Shown: positions 50,575 to 60,534 of the stretch, one piece after another
How the letters are laid out: every line of letters starts with the position of its first letter
Position numbering within the stretch: position 1 is the first letter of the stretch
Assembly: GCA_963827235.1 (NCBI GenBank)
Contig: CAWHAE010000016.1
Coordinates: forward strand, 1,056,001 to 1,120,000
DNA length: 64,000 bases
Direction: 5' to 3'
Source: an uncultured bacterium
GTDB taxonomy: Bacteria > Chloroflexota > UBA5177 > JANWHV01
Notes under the pieces: generated by a model
The model's database searches: none
What the model saw: the letters and a program-made list of their open reading frames with translations, nothing else
Told to the model about the DNA's origin: nothing
Made by a program: the position numbers and the translations under genes

Positions 50575-52716
50575 ATGGAGAATAGAGGCGCGACGCCGGC
50601 AAGTGATACCCAACCCGACATACTGATCGAGATGGACCCTGTGCCGACGATCGCCTACCGGTCCGGCCTGACGGTGTACGAGGAATCCCTGATCGATGGC
50701 CGTCTCGTGGCGCGGGGCTGGAATGGTGCCGGTTTCATCAACCCCTGGGAAGATGCGCGCATCGATCCGTCACGCCATCCAACGCCGTTCACCTTCTGGC
50801 TGGAGATCGACGGCCAGTTACTCCACGCTCAATGGCTGTGGACCGGCCAGACGCATGAGGTCCAGGCCGGCAAACTGCACGTAGCCGTCGAGCTGCGGCA
50901 CAGCGTGCGACCGGTGACCGTGCGCGTGCATACTCTCCTGGACGGCACGCCGATCTTGACGCGCTGGCTCGAGATCACAAACACGTCGGATCAACCGGCA
51001 AGCCTCTCGGCCGCTTACCCCTGGTGCGGTGTGCTCCACTCCAGCACACGGCGCGACACCTATGAGGCGGCGGTGGCCGGCAAGCTCTTTGCCGCCGGCT
51101 ATATGGACGATAGCCATTGGGGAAAAGAAGGTAACTTCGTCTGGCACTCGCTGCCCGCTGCCGAGTATCGCGTGGCCGGGCGGTATCGCCGTGGGCGTCA
51201 CCGGCATCCACTGTTCATCGTGCGCAACGAGGTCACGGGCGAGCACTTCATCGCTCAGCTTGCCTGGTCCGGGGGGTACTCGTTCGCCTTCGACCTGGAC
51301 GTCGAGGAGGATCATGCGTACGATGGCGGTACCAGCTGCGCCACCAGCCTGTTCTTTAAGATAGGTCCCGACGCGCCCGCCCCCCTGCGCGTGTTGGAGC
51401 CTGGCGAAACGATCGTCTCGCCGGAAGTCCACCTGGGGATGGTGCTCGGCGATCTGGATGCTGCCGTGCAGGCCATGCACGATCACGTGCGGCGCAGTGT
51501 GATGCTGCCGGAAGTGATCGCGCGTCCGGCACCGGTTGAGTCCGGTATCGGGCCGGAGCTGGAGATCACCGAGGAAGCAGTATTCCAGATGATCGAAGGG
51601 GGAGCCTCGCTCGGAGCCGAGGTTTTCTTCATCGACGCAAGCTGGTACGCACCGCCGCACAGCGACTGGTGGGACACGGTGGGAGACTGGCAGGTCGGCA
51701 GCAGATTTCCGCGCGGCCTCAAGCCGTTCCGCGACCGAGCGCATGAGCTCGGCATGAAGTTCGGCCTCTGGATGGAACCCGAGCGTCTCGGCCACGGCAG
51801 CGCGACCGCGGCGGCTCACTCTGAATGGATCGCCACCGGCTATGATGGCCGACCCTCGCGCGGCCACCTCGATCTGACTCGGCCCGACGCCGCCGCCTGG
51901 ATGGAAGAACAGATCGGCCGGCTCCTCACTGAGCACGAGCTCGACTTCTTCAGGCTGGACTACAATATCGACGCCGGCGCCGGATTCCAGACTCTCCGGC
52001 ACGGCTTCAGCGAGAATCACTACTGGCGCTACTACGACGCGCTGTACGCGCTGTTCACACGGCTGCGCGAGCGATTCCCCGACGTGATCTTCGAGAACTG
52101 CGCGAGCGGCGGCGCACGTACCGACATCGGCATGGTGCGCCGGTTTGATCACTCTTGGGTCACTGATTGGCAGATTGCGCCCCGCTCGTTCTGGATCATC
52201 AACGGCATGACGATCGCTCTGCCGCCGGAGCACGTGGACCGCGTATTTGGCGGCCAGAATGCCCATGTGCGGGCGCACATTGATTTTCAGGCACGACTCT
52301 TGCTGTTCGGCCGCCCAACCGTCGGCATCATCCACGCCAGCCCGCTGCAGCACGAGCGGCTTAAGCACGTGGTGGAGATCTATAAGTCGGTGGTGCGCCC
52401 AGTTCACCGCACAGCTCGCATCTATCATCACACGCCCAGCGCCGCGGGCAGCGACCATCCCGGCTGGGGCGTGCTGGAGTTGGCTGCGCAGGATCGGAAG
52501 CGCGCCGTCGCCGCCCTGTTTCGCCTGGGCGACGCAGTGCCGGAGTATCGATTCCGACCGCGCGGACTCGACGTTTCCCGCACCTATGCGGTGACGTTCG
52601 ACAATACAAATCAGACGTGCAACCTGGACGGCGGCCAATTGCTCGTGCACGGCATTCCGGTCCGCCTGGAGAGCGCGCTGACATCCGAGCTGCTGCTGTT
52701 CGAAGCCGTGGATTAG
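50575..52716 (+). CDS. GH36 alpha-galactosidase
   Basis: GAGGAG RBS; 'FIDASWY', 'FGLWMEPE', 'FRLDYN', 'ENCASGGAR', 'WVTD'. Confidence 0.9.
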   Translation: MENRGATPASDTQPDILIEMDPVPTIAYRSGLTVYEESLIDGRLVARGWNGAGFINPWEDARIDPSRHPTPFTFWLEIDGQLLHAQWLWTGQTHEVQAGKLHVAVELRHSVRPVTVRVHTLLDGTPILTRWLEITNTSDQPASLSAAYPWCGVLHSSTRRDTYEAAVAGKLFAAGYMDDSHWGKEGNFVWHSLPAAEYRVAGRYRRGRHRHPLFIVRNEVTGEHFIAQLAWSGGYSFAFDLDVEEDHAYDGGTSCATSLFFKIGPDAPAPLRVLEPGETIVSPEVHLGMVLGDLDAAVQAMHDHVRRSVMLPEVIARPAPVESGIGPELEITEEAVFQMIEGGASLGAEVFFIDASWYAPPHSDWWDTVGDWQVGSRFPRGLKPFRDRAHELGMKFGLWMEPERLGHGSATAAAHSEWIATGYDGRPSRGHLDLTRPDAAAWMEEQIGRLLTEHELDFFRLDYNIDAGAGFQTLRHGFSENHYWRYYDALYALFTRLRERFPDVIFENCASGGARTDIGMVRRFDHSWVTDWQIAPRSFWIINGMTIALPPEHVDRVFGGQNAHVRAHIDFQARLLLFGRPTVGIIHASPLQHERLKHVVEIYKSVVRPVHRTARIYHHTPSAAGSDHPGWGVLELAAQDRKRAVAALFRLGDAVPEYRFRPRGLDVSRTYAVTFDNTNQTCNLDGGQLLVHGIPVRLESALTSELLLFEAVD

Positions 52717-52737
52717 CGGAGGTCTAGTGGCCCGGCT

Positions 52738-53270
52738 TTAGCCTGGCCTCTCATACAGTAGCAAGTCGCTGCCCGGCGCTTCAGCTATCTCTACGCGGAG
52801 GCAAGCCAGCTCTTCTCCCAACATCTGCACGGTCCTGGCTTCATCCACAAACGTCAGGGCATACTCCGCTGCCGGTTCCAGCGCCTGCAGGCAGATCTCC
52901 GCGCTTGCGCTCGTGCTATTGGGACGGCGGAAAAGCAATGCGAATCCCTGGTACAGATCCGGCCGGTCGAACTGCCAGCCGCACCATGCATCTTCGCTCA
53001 GGCTGATGGGCAGCAGCGGAAAGCAATTACCCAGATAGAGCGGGCGGAGCCGCTTGAACTCGTCGACCAACTGCCGGGCTCGCGCGACATCCTGCGGGAT
53101 GGAGTCGCTGCGTGGGTCGACGGGCACGCTGCACCCTACCGTGGCCGTGCATCGCACTACGTAGGGCTCGTAATGATAGGTGCCCGCGCTATGCAACGGA
53201 ACATAGAAACTCAGACCTGCCGTCTGCACCTGATCGTACACGGTATAGGCCTCTCCCTGGCAGGATGTCT
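52738..53270 (-). pseudogene. C-terminal fragment of a fifth GH36
   Basis: 'QVQTAGLSFYVP', 'YLGNCFPL', 'WCGWQFDRPD...ALLFRR' parallels the C-termini of the other GH36s; catalytic barrel missing. Confidence 0.75.
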
Positions 53271-53304
53271 CACTGCGGGTCAGTGAGCCCAGGCTGCGGC
53301 TGAG

Positions 53305-54665
53305 CTAGAACAGCCCCAGCGGGCAGGACGGCCTGCGCGGGAAAAGCACGTTCAGGAGCGGCGCGACCGGTGCCGTACTAAAGCAATCGGGTCGCGCATG
53401 GTTCAACTGGTCCATGTTGCGATGCCCGAACAGCAACTGCAGAAATGTGAGATCGGGCAACGAAGCGTCGCCATCGGCCAGCCGCGCGGGCTGATAGCTG
53501 CCGACATCTCGCAGCATACCGCTAGCGAAGGTGAGAGCCAGGCGCGCATGGTAAAGGTTGAGCCGCAGCGTGCCGCTGTAGCCATCGACAACGCTCCCGC
53601 GCAGCCGTCGCTCCAGAACAGGAGCGATGTGGCGGAGAAAGGCAGGCAAATCTCGAACGCGCACATACCAGGCATAGGACCCGGCCAGCTGGTCAAGATG
53701 CCTGTCCAGGGCCTCGTAGGCGGGGTGCGCGGTACCGAAGGACCAGCGCAGACCCTGCAGCGGCTTCTTGCGATGGTTGTTCATGTCGTCTACGTACAGC
53801 TTCAGGGCACGACCGGCAAATTCGCAGACACTCTGCAGCGAGGTTCCCGGCGACGCGGCAACTTCATATATTGTCAGCGCCGCTGCCTCGTGGTCAATAT
53901 CCTCGATCCGAGTCGTCAAGTACCCTGTCGCCACGCCGGCCAGATTCTCCACCATCCAGACATCGTAGCCAAACCCGTCAGGGTGCGCGCCGTCGACGAT
54001 CCATCGCCATTGCTCCATGTCGCGCAAACAGTACACCATGCTGGCCCGACAATAGTGCGCATAGAGCTCGGTCAGCTCCGGAATGTCCTTTACCATGCCG
54101 CGTCGTAGACGATACGTCTCCTGTTGATCTTTTTTCAGCGCGACGAGCTGATGCCAGTTCTGGCGGCGGTGCCCGCCCAGATCGAGCGCCATCTCGTAAC
54201 CGAATTGGCGGTAATACCAGGGAATACCAGTAATCGCCTGCACCTGCTCGCCGCGTCCGGCGCTCCTGGCATGGATCGCGTCCATTTGTATCCGGATCAG
54301 GCCTTTTCGACGGTACGCGGGGTCCGTGCCCACCAGCTCAATACGGCCGACACCAACTGGTACATCCTCATGGCTCAACGTCTGCGAGATGAGGCAGAGC
54401 GTGGAAACGATGCGATCACCCTGGTCTTGGTCGACCACGACCGTGAAATCGCCGGGCCCGGTGGTCGGATGCTCGCCGCCGAGCAGGTCACGAGTCCAGC
54501 GCCCACCCATTCGAGCGGCCGGCCTGAGCCGTCGAGGTGGAGGTTGGCGTTAAAGTCTGCTAAAGCATCGAGGTCTGCCTGCGTAACCTGGCGCAGCACC
54601 AATCCATCGCCCAGCGCGCGCGGAAGAGCCTGCGCGAGCCCTGCTTGTTTCGTTACGTCGATCAT
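53305..54665 (-). pseudogene. Eis-like GNAT acetyltransferase with 1-nt frameshift near 54500
   Basis: 'LPRALGDGLVLRQ...FNANLH...EWVG' shifts frame into 'WTRDLL..HPT', 'ELVGTDPAYRRKGL', 'GIPWYYRQFGYE'. Confidence 0.8.
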
Positions 54666-55131
54666 GGAGGCCTGCTTGCTCCCACAATGTCGTCGCACCT
54701 TGACGGATTCCACCTAATCTTTGCCCTGAGTGCAAGTCGTGCCAAAGTGTTCGCCCTCCAATTGTGCTCTCGCCGTATCCGACGGTCAAGGCATATGCTG
54801 CAGCTCCCAGGTTGTAGTGCCAAGACATGAGCCTCGTCCGCAGTCGCAGGGTGGAGAGACGACTCTCGCACAGCTGCACATGCCGGCTTGCGTACGCGGC
54901 GCGCTGCCGGCGTTGAAAGCGCCCCAACAGAGCGGAAGGTCCCGTTCGCATGCGCAGAAGGCGTCACGCGAGATTATGTCCGCGACGTGGCGACCGGGCG
55001 CTGATGGAAACGTGGCTGTGATTGCAAATGCCTGGGAACCATGCGGTCCGGGTGCTAAACTGCCCGGCAGACGCCTGCGACGATCGCCGGTAGATTTCCA
55101 GCTGAAGAGTCCCGGTCTGGAGACACTGTGC

Positions 55132-56121
55132 ATGGCTGCCGATACCCAAACTACTAACGTACAGGAAGGACTTCTCCAGCAGAAAATCGACCCCTACCTT
55201 ACAGACGCGAATCTATCCGCTCTTGCCACGCAAGCGCTCGGTGTCAGGACGCGGTGCGCCGGCCACACGGTTCTGACAGGAGGTTGCTGGAACAGGGTGA
55301 TAGCCGTATCGACCGACGGCGCGCCGCGAGAACTTGTCTTCAAGATCACGCCGAACCCAGTGGATACAGCGCTACAACGAGAGTTCAAGGTGCTTCGCCA
55401 CTTTCGTGCCTGCACTGCCTTGCCCGTCCCCGAGCCGCTTCTGCTCGACCCGAGCGGCGAAAGAATTCCGGGCAGCGTGCTCGTCATGGAGAAGATGCCG
55501 GGGACATCGCTGCATGAGGTCTACTCGCACCTGCGTGCCGAGGAACGCACCCTAATCTCCACACAGATCGCCGAGCATCTCGCCGATTTGCACACTCACC
55601 AGGCCACCGGCTTCGGCGGCGTCGAAGTGCCCCCCGAGCAGCGGGCTGCCACGTGGCTGGATTTCTGGTTTCCACGCTACGATGCCACGCTCACCGAGAC
55701 CCAGGCAATCGGTACTGTGCCAGACGCTTTGCTGACGGAGCTGCATGATCTCCGGCGCCATATTCCAGCGCTGCTGGATATCGGACCGATCGGCACGCTC
55801 ACGCACTACGATATCTGGACCGGCAATGTGATGGTGGATCTCGGTGGACAGTATCCGCGCATCATCGGCTACCTGGACTTGATGGGATACTATGGCGACT
55901 ATGCGCGTGAGCTGTCGTCTATGTTCGGACTGGCCGATCGCCGGCTCATGCAAGTCTATGGGCAGCGACACGGATTCGACCAGACCTTTGAGGCGCGATT
56001 CACCCTGTACAGCCTGAAGATGTGTTTACAGCTGGTGAATATGTACCCAGGCAGCCCGCGCCACTTAACGAACACATACCGCTATCTGCACGCTATTCAG
56101 GGCTACGTCGGCGCCAAGTAG
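55132..56121 (+). CDS. Aminoglycoside phosphotransferase/fructosamine kinase family protein
   Basis: 'LTGGCWN', 'LVFK', 'LPVPEP', catalytic 'HYDIWTGN', 'YLD'. Confidence 0.85.
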   Translation: MAADTQTTNVQEGLLQQKIDPYLTDANLSALATQALGVRTRCAGHTVLTGGCWNRVIAVSTDGAPRELVFKITPNPVDTALQREFKVLRHFRACTALPVPEPLLLDPSGERIPGSVLVMEKMPGTSLHEVYSHLRAEERTLISTQIAEHLADLHTHQATGFGGVEVPPEQRAATWLDFWFPRYDATLTETQAIGTVPDALLTELHDLRRHIPALLDIGPIGTLTHYDIWTGNVMVDLGGQYPRIIGYLDLMGYYGDYARELSSMFGLADRRLMQVYGQRHGFDQTFEARFTLYSLKMCLQLVNMYPGSPRHLTNTYRYLHAIQGYVGAK

Positions 56122-56172
56122 GCAACGGCCTCGCGACTTGCCTTTTTGTCTGTGGGTCGGCATCAAGCATGA

Positions 56173-56207
56173 TTGTCGGCTGCGTGGGGCATCTGTATAC
56201 TGTTGTC
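56173..56207 (+). promoter_or_regulatory. Promoter TTGTCG-17-TATACT overlapped by heptamer pair
   Basis: -35 at 56173-56178, -10 at 56196-56201; minus strand reads GACAACA-GTATACA. Confidence 0.65.
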
Positions 56208-56241
56208 ATTCGTCGAGTGGTTCGTGGGTGGAGGGACCAGG

Positions 56242-57159
56242 ATGTTGGTAAACGGCATCATCGCGTCGTCAGTCACGCCGCTAAGCCCGGCAGGTGATCT
56301 ACGTCTAGATCTGCTGCCGGCGCACGTCGAGTGGTTGATCGCCGAAGGGGTCAGCGGTCTTTCGCCACTTGGCAGCGCGGGTGAGTTCTACGCCCTCGAA
56401 GTTGCTGACCGCAAACGTCTCTTGGAGAGCGTGCTGGCGGTCAATGCCGGGCGCACGCACGTGATGGCGGGAACGCACCATTACGCCACGCACTTCACCG
56501 TCGACCTATCGCGGCACGCCCAAGCTGCCGGCGCCAACTCCCTGCTGGTCGCGCCTCCCTACTACAACACGCCGTCGATTCCCCAAGCTATGGACCATTA
56601 TCGCAGGCTTGCCGATGCCGTGGACATTCCGGTGGTCCTCTACCACAACGTGAGCGGTACACGGGTCGACTTCCGCACTGAGCATCTCCTGACGCTGTTC
56701 GAGGAGGGAGCGATCGCAGGGGTGAAGATGTCCAACTCCGACCCCGATCGTATCTGTTCTTTGCTCCAAGCAACCGACGGGAGGCTCGTCGTCTATGCCG
56801 GCATTGACACCGTCGCCTTCGAAGGCCTCTGCCATGGGGCACACGGCTGGATCTCCGGTATTCCCAGCATCGTGCCGCGGGCAGCACGGGAGTTCTATGA
56901 GACGATCGCGACACGGGGTGACCTCGTGTCGGCCCGCCGGCAATGGTGCCGACTGGCCCCGCTGATGAGACTGGTGTTTGCCGGACATATCCGCGGCACG
57001 GGCCAGGAGCCTCACTGGTTGAGCATCATGAAGGCCGCGCTCAACATGATTGGGCCGCCGGTCAACGATCCGCTGTCGCCGGTCCAGCCATTGGATACGG
57101 CCACTCGGGAGCAACTGGCGGGGATGCTGCGCGATCTCGGCTATGCCGTTCACGCCTGA
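56242..57159 (+). CDS. DHDPS/N-acetylneuraminate lyase family protein
   Basis: 'GSAGE', 'PPYY', 'LYHN', Schiff-base Lys 'GVKMS'. Confidence 0.9.
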   Translation: MLVNGIIASSVTPLSPAGDLRLDLLPAHVEWLIAEGVSGLSPLGSAGEFYALEVADRKRLLESVLAVNAGRTHVMAGTHHYATHFTVDLSRHAQAAGANSLLVAPPYYNTPSIPQAMDHYRRLADAVDIPVVLYHNVSGTRVDFRTEHLLTLFEEGAIAGVKMSNSDPDRICSLLQATDGRLVVYAGIDTVAFEGLCHGAHGWISGIPSIVPRAAREFYETIATRGDLVSARRQWCRLAPLMRLVFAGHIRGTGQEPHWLSIMKAALNMIGPPVNDPLSPVQPLDTATREQLAGMLRDLGYAVHA

Positions 57160-57208
57160 CACTCGCACGCGACTCACCGGCCTGTGAACAAGCTGGAGAC
57201 GTGCCACC

Positions 57209-58294
57209 GTGGAGAGTAAGCAGGGCATGGGGAATCCTGTTACGGTGCCCGCTTCCGACCTGGCAGTGTTTGCGGCACAGCTCCTTGCTGCCGCGGGCCT
57301 GTCCAGCGCCGACGCGGAACAGACCGCTCACATTCTGGTTGAAGCCAACCTGCGCGGCGTCGACACGCATGGTGTCGCCCTCCTCTCGCTCTACGTCAGG
57401 CAACTGCGGCGCGGATTGGTCAACGCCAAGCCCCAGCGGACATTCACCCGCCGCCGCGCGGCGGTCGGGATACTCGACGCCGACCACGGCCTGGGCCATG
57501 TCGCGACTGCGCAGGCGATGGAGCACGCCGTGCGCATGGCCAAGGAGGCAGGCGTGGCCACTGTCCTGGTGAGGAACTCGAACCACTTCGGCGCCGCGGC
57601 GTACTACGCCATGCTCGCGTCGCGGCAGGGCTGCATTGGCACGGTGTGGTCGCCCGCTGAAGCCAGCGTGGTGCCGTTCGGTGGCCGCCAACGGTTCTTC
57701 GGCACGAATCCCATTGCCATATCGGCCCCTGCAGGCGCGCGCTACCCGGGATTCACCGTGGACATGGCGACCAGTGTCGTGGCGGGCGGGAAGATTGCGC
57801 AGGCAGGCAAGAACCACGAGACCATCCCGGCGGGTTGGGCGATAGACCGCGACGGGCAGCCTGTGGAGCAGCCGTCGGATGACGACGAGGTACTCCGAAC
57901 ATACTCGTTGCTGCCGGTTGGTGGTGCCAAGGGCTACGGACTGGCAACGATGATCGAGTGGACCTCGTCGCTCCTGACGGGCATGCAATGGGGGCCGACG
58001 ATCCCGCGCTGGAGCGACAACCTGGCGGAGCCTGCGTCGATAGCCCACTACGTTCAAGCGCTCGACGTCGAAGCGTTCGTGCCCCTGGATCAGTACCGAC
58101 AACGCGTCGACGAGTTCTGTGCGAGCCTGAAGAGCGTGCCGACTGCCGAGGGACATCTGGAGGTCCTGCTCCCTGGTGAACCGGAGCTCGCTAGGGTTCG
58201 CCAAAGAGCGCGGACTGGATGCCCGCTCACAAACCACGTGAGGTCGATACTCTCTGCACTGGGCACCGAGTATGGAATCCGCCCGCCCTTCTGA
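57209..58294 (+). CDS. Ldh_2 (malate/L-lactate/L-sulfolactate dehydrogenase) family oxidoreductase
   Basis: 'RGVDTHG', 'NSNHFG', 'GTNPIA', 'DMATS', 'KGYGL', 'PGE'. Confidence 0.92.
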   Translation: MESKQGMGNPVTVPASDLAVFAAQLLAAAGLSSADAEQTAHILVEANLRGVDTHGVALLSLYVRQLRRGLVNAKPQRTFTRRRAAVGILDADHGLGHVATAQAMEHAVRMAKEAGVATVLVRNSNHFGAAAYYAMLASRQGCIGTVWSPAEASVVPFGGRQRFFGTNPIAISAPAGARYPGFTVDMATSVVAGGKIAQAGKNHETIPAGWAIDRDGQPVEQPSDDDEVLRTYSLLPVGGAKGYGLATMIEWTSSLLTGMQWGPTIPRWSDNLAEPASIAHYVQALDVEAFVPLDQYRQRVDEFCASLKSVPTAEGHLEVLLPGEPELARVRQRARTGCPLTNHVRSILSALGTEYGIRPPF

Positions 58295-58396
58295 CGCAGG
58301 GTATCTCAGAACCGATCCCACCAGACCGTGCGCGATCAGCCGCGGACTTGTCCCCCTCGAGAACGCAAATTCGCCGCAGGCTGCGAAAAGGCTCCG

Positions 58397-59395
58397 TCAG
58401 CGTGGTTCGGGCGGCACAACCGCCAGTCGGCCGGCCCGCAGAGGCCGGCCTTCCAAATAGTCGAGCATTCCGTCGACCGTCGTGGTGCGCACACGGCGTT
58501 CGGCCTCCGCAGAGTGCCACCCGAAATGTGGCGAGAGCACCACGTTGGGCGCATGCAGGATGGGAGCGTTCGGCGGTGGCGGCTCTGCTTGCAGCACGTC
58601 CAGCCCGGCAGCACCCACCTGGCCCTCTCGCAGCGCGTCCGCCAGAGCGGATTCGTCGATCAGGGCGCCACGCGCAACGTTGATCAGTGTCACACCACGT
58701 CGCATGAGGCCGAGTTCGCGCCGGCCGATCATTGCCCGCGTCTCCTCGGTCAGAGGAGGATGTAATGTCACGATGTCGCTCTGGGCAAGCAGCTCATCCA
58801 GAGAGGCAACCATATGGACCCCTTCGGGAGCAGTCGCCACATAGGGATCGAAGGCAACGATGGGCCCGGTGAGAGAACGCAGGCGCTCGATCACTGCCCG
58901 TCCGATCCTGCCGCAGCCGACGACACCGGCTGTCTGCGTATAGAGCGGAGGCACCGGGGTCAGCGTGCGCCACGCGGTCCAGTTTGTACGCGCTACGAGA
59001 TCGCCCTGCACGATGTGCCGATTAAGGGCCAGGAGGAGGGCCACCGCATGTGTGGCGACCTCGTTCGTGGCGTAGTCAGGGCAGTGGAGCACGGCGACGC
59101 CACGTGCCGCGGCTGCCCGGAGGTCGATGGCATCGAGGCCGATACCAGCGCGTCCAACTATGCGCAGGCGCGACCCAAACGAGGCGATCGTCTCTGCCGT
59201 CAGCGGATGTGTCGTGACGACTACGCCATCCGCATCTGACGTGGCCAGCCGGATCTCGTCCGGCGTGGCCAGAGACGACTGACGCACGGTCACCGGCTGG
59301 CCGACAAGGTGCTCCTGTTCGATACCTATGTCACCAAATCCCGCGATCACGAACGTATAGTTATGTGCCACGTTGCCCCCGTCGACTTCCCCCAT
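58397..59395 (-). CDS. D-isomer-specific 2-hydroxyacid dehydrogenase (CtBP-like)
   Basis: 'RAGIGLD', 'GCGRIG', 'INVARG', 'LDV...EP', 'SPH'. Start may be GTG 59371. Confidence 0.9.
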   Translation of the reverse strand: MGEVDGGNVAHNYTFVIAGFGDIGIEQEHLVGQPVTVRQSSLATPDEIRLATSDADGVVVTTHPLTAETIASFGSRLRIVGRAGIGLDAIDLRAAAARGVAVLHCPDYATNEVATHAVALLLALNRHIVQGDLVARTNWTAWRTLTPVPPLYTQTAGVVGCGRIGRAVIERLRSLTGPIVAFDPYVATAPEGVHMVASLDELLAQSDIVTLHPPLTEETRAMIGRRELGLMRRGVTLINVARGALIDESALADALREGQVGAAGLDVLQAEPPPPNAPILHAPNVVLSPHFGWHSAEAERRVRTTTVDGMLDYLEGRPLRAGRLAVVPPEPR

Positions 59396-59731
59396 TCGGA
59401 ACCGTCCGTTCACCTGGTCAGGCTCGGCTCCCTACTGGTCAGACCCTCCCATCGGCATTTCGCTGTCAAGCCCCCGGTGCTATGATGTCGGCGGCACCGG
59501 GTGCTGTCAAGGCTTTGTTGTACCATGCTGCCTGACACGCGACCTTGATGCGGCCGCACCCGGCCTCTTTGTGCGGCTGGGCTAGCGTGGACAACGTCGC
59601 GCCGCCGGCGAGCTGTTCGGCAACGGTATGCCGTGCAGCCGTGAACGTTCTTCGGTGAATCCGCTAGGTTACCCGCTCGACCGGACATAGCCCCTCTGCC
59701 GAGCACTCGTTCAACAGCCGGCGGCTGCCCG

Positions 59732-59900
59732 TCATAGGACAGGTATTTGCGCGTCCGGTCGGCGCAGCCACGTGACCTGGTCGCCGGTGAACAGGAGGGC
59801 GCTGCCCAGCAGTCCGCAGCCGGCGCCCAGCTCGAAGGTCTGCGTCATGCCTATGGTGCTCAGCAGCCAGGTGCCCAGCATGGGCCCCTGGTCACTTCCT
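59732..59900 (-). pseudogene. Possible C-terminal relic of an MFS transporter
   Basis: 'GPMLGTWLLSTIGMTQTFELGAGCGLLGSALLF' resembles MFS TM11-12; no upstream part found. Confidence 0.35.
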
Positions 59901-60534
59901 GCCCTTTCGTTGTTGGGGCTCGGGGCCCGGCTCACACGTGCTACGCAGGTGCACCGCTCTTTCGAACGGCCGCGGAGCCGGCAGTGGGCATCATCATCGG
60001 GTGCTACTGGCTTCCTCAGAGGTCTGCCGCACCACATGCTCCAGATCGGGCTCCGCGACGAAGATCTCGGTCTCCCTGTCCTGCAACCTCCTCGTGCGGC
60101 TGCAGTCGCGTGTAGCGAGGGCTGCGCAGGCATGTCAATGGAAATGGTGTTGACAGTTTACTCGGCGGCCGTTGCAGGCTGCAATGCACTGGCGGCTGCT
60201 GAGTGTCCGGTCACTGCGAATCGCATGCCGCTGCTGAGGAACCGGAAAGTCGGCCGACCGACTGAGTCTGGCATGCTTCTTCGGTCAGTCCTCGCAGAGT
60301 TCGCTCTGTGGTAGCGTACTAGTATAGAATCACCGGAGCAGGTGAGTCAGCATGCAGCCCATCGAACTGCGCGTTTGCCGGGCTGTGTCCTGACACGGCG
60401 TCGGCCAACGGTTGGCTGGCGGCCGTCGATCTCAGCGACCTGGGGTTGGCCGCAGCGGGCGACCTGTGCACGGCTTGCGAGGCACGCGTGCCATTCTGCG
60501 CCGTCGCGGAGGCGGCCGTGACCGACGGGAGAAC

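Noticed and set aside
33535-52650. Long antisense ORFs (33535..34947, 47921..49441, 50818..52650 and similar)
   Set aside because: Shadow frames of GC-rich real genes; no motifs.
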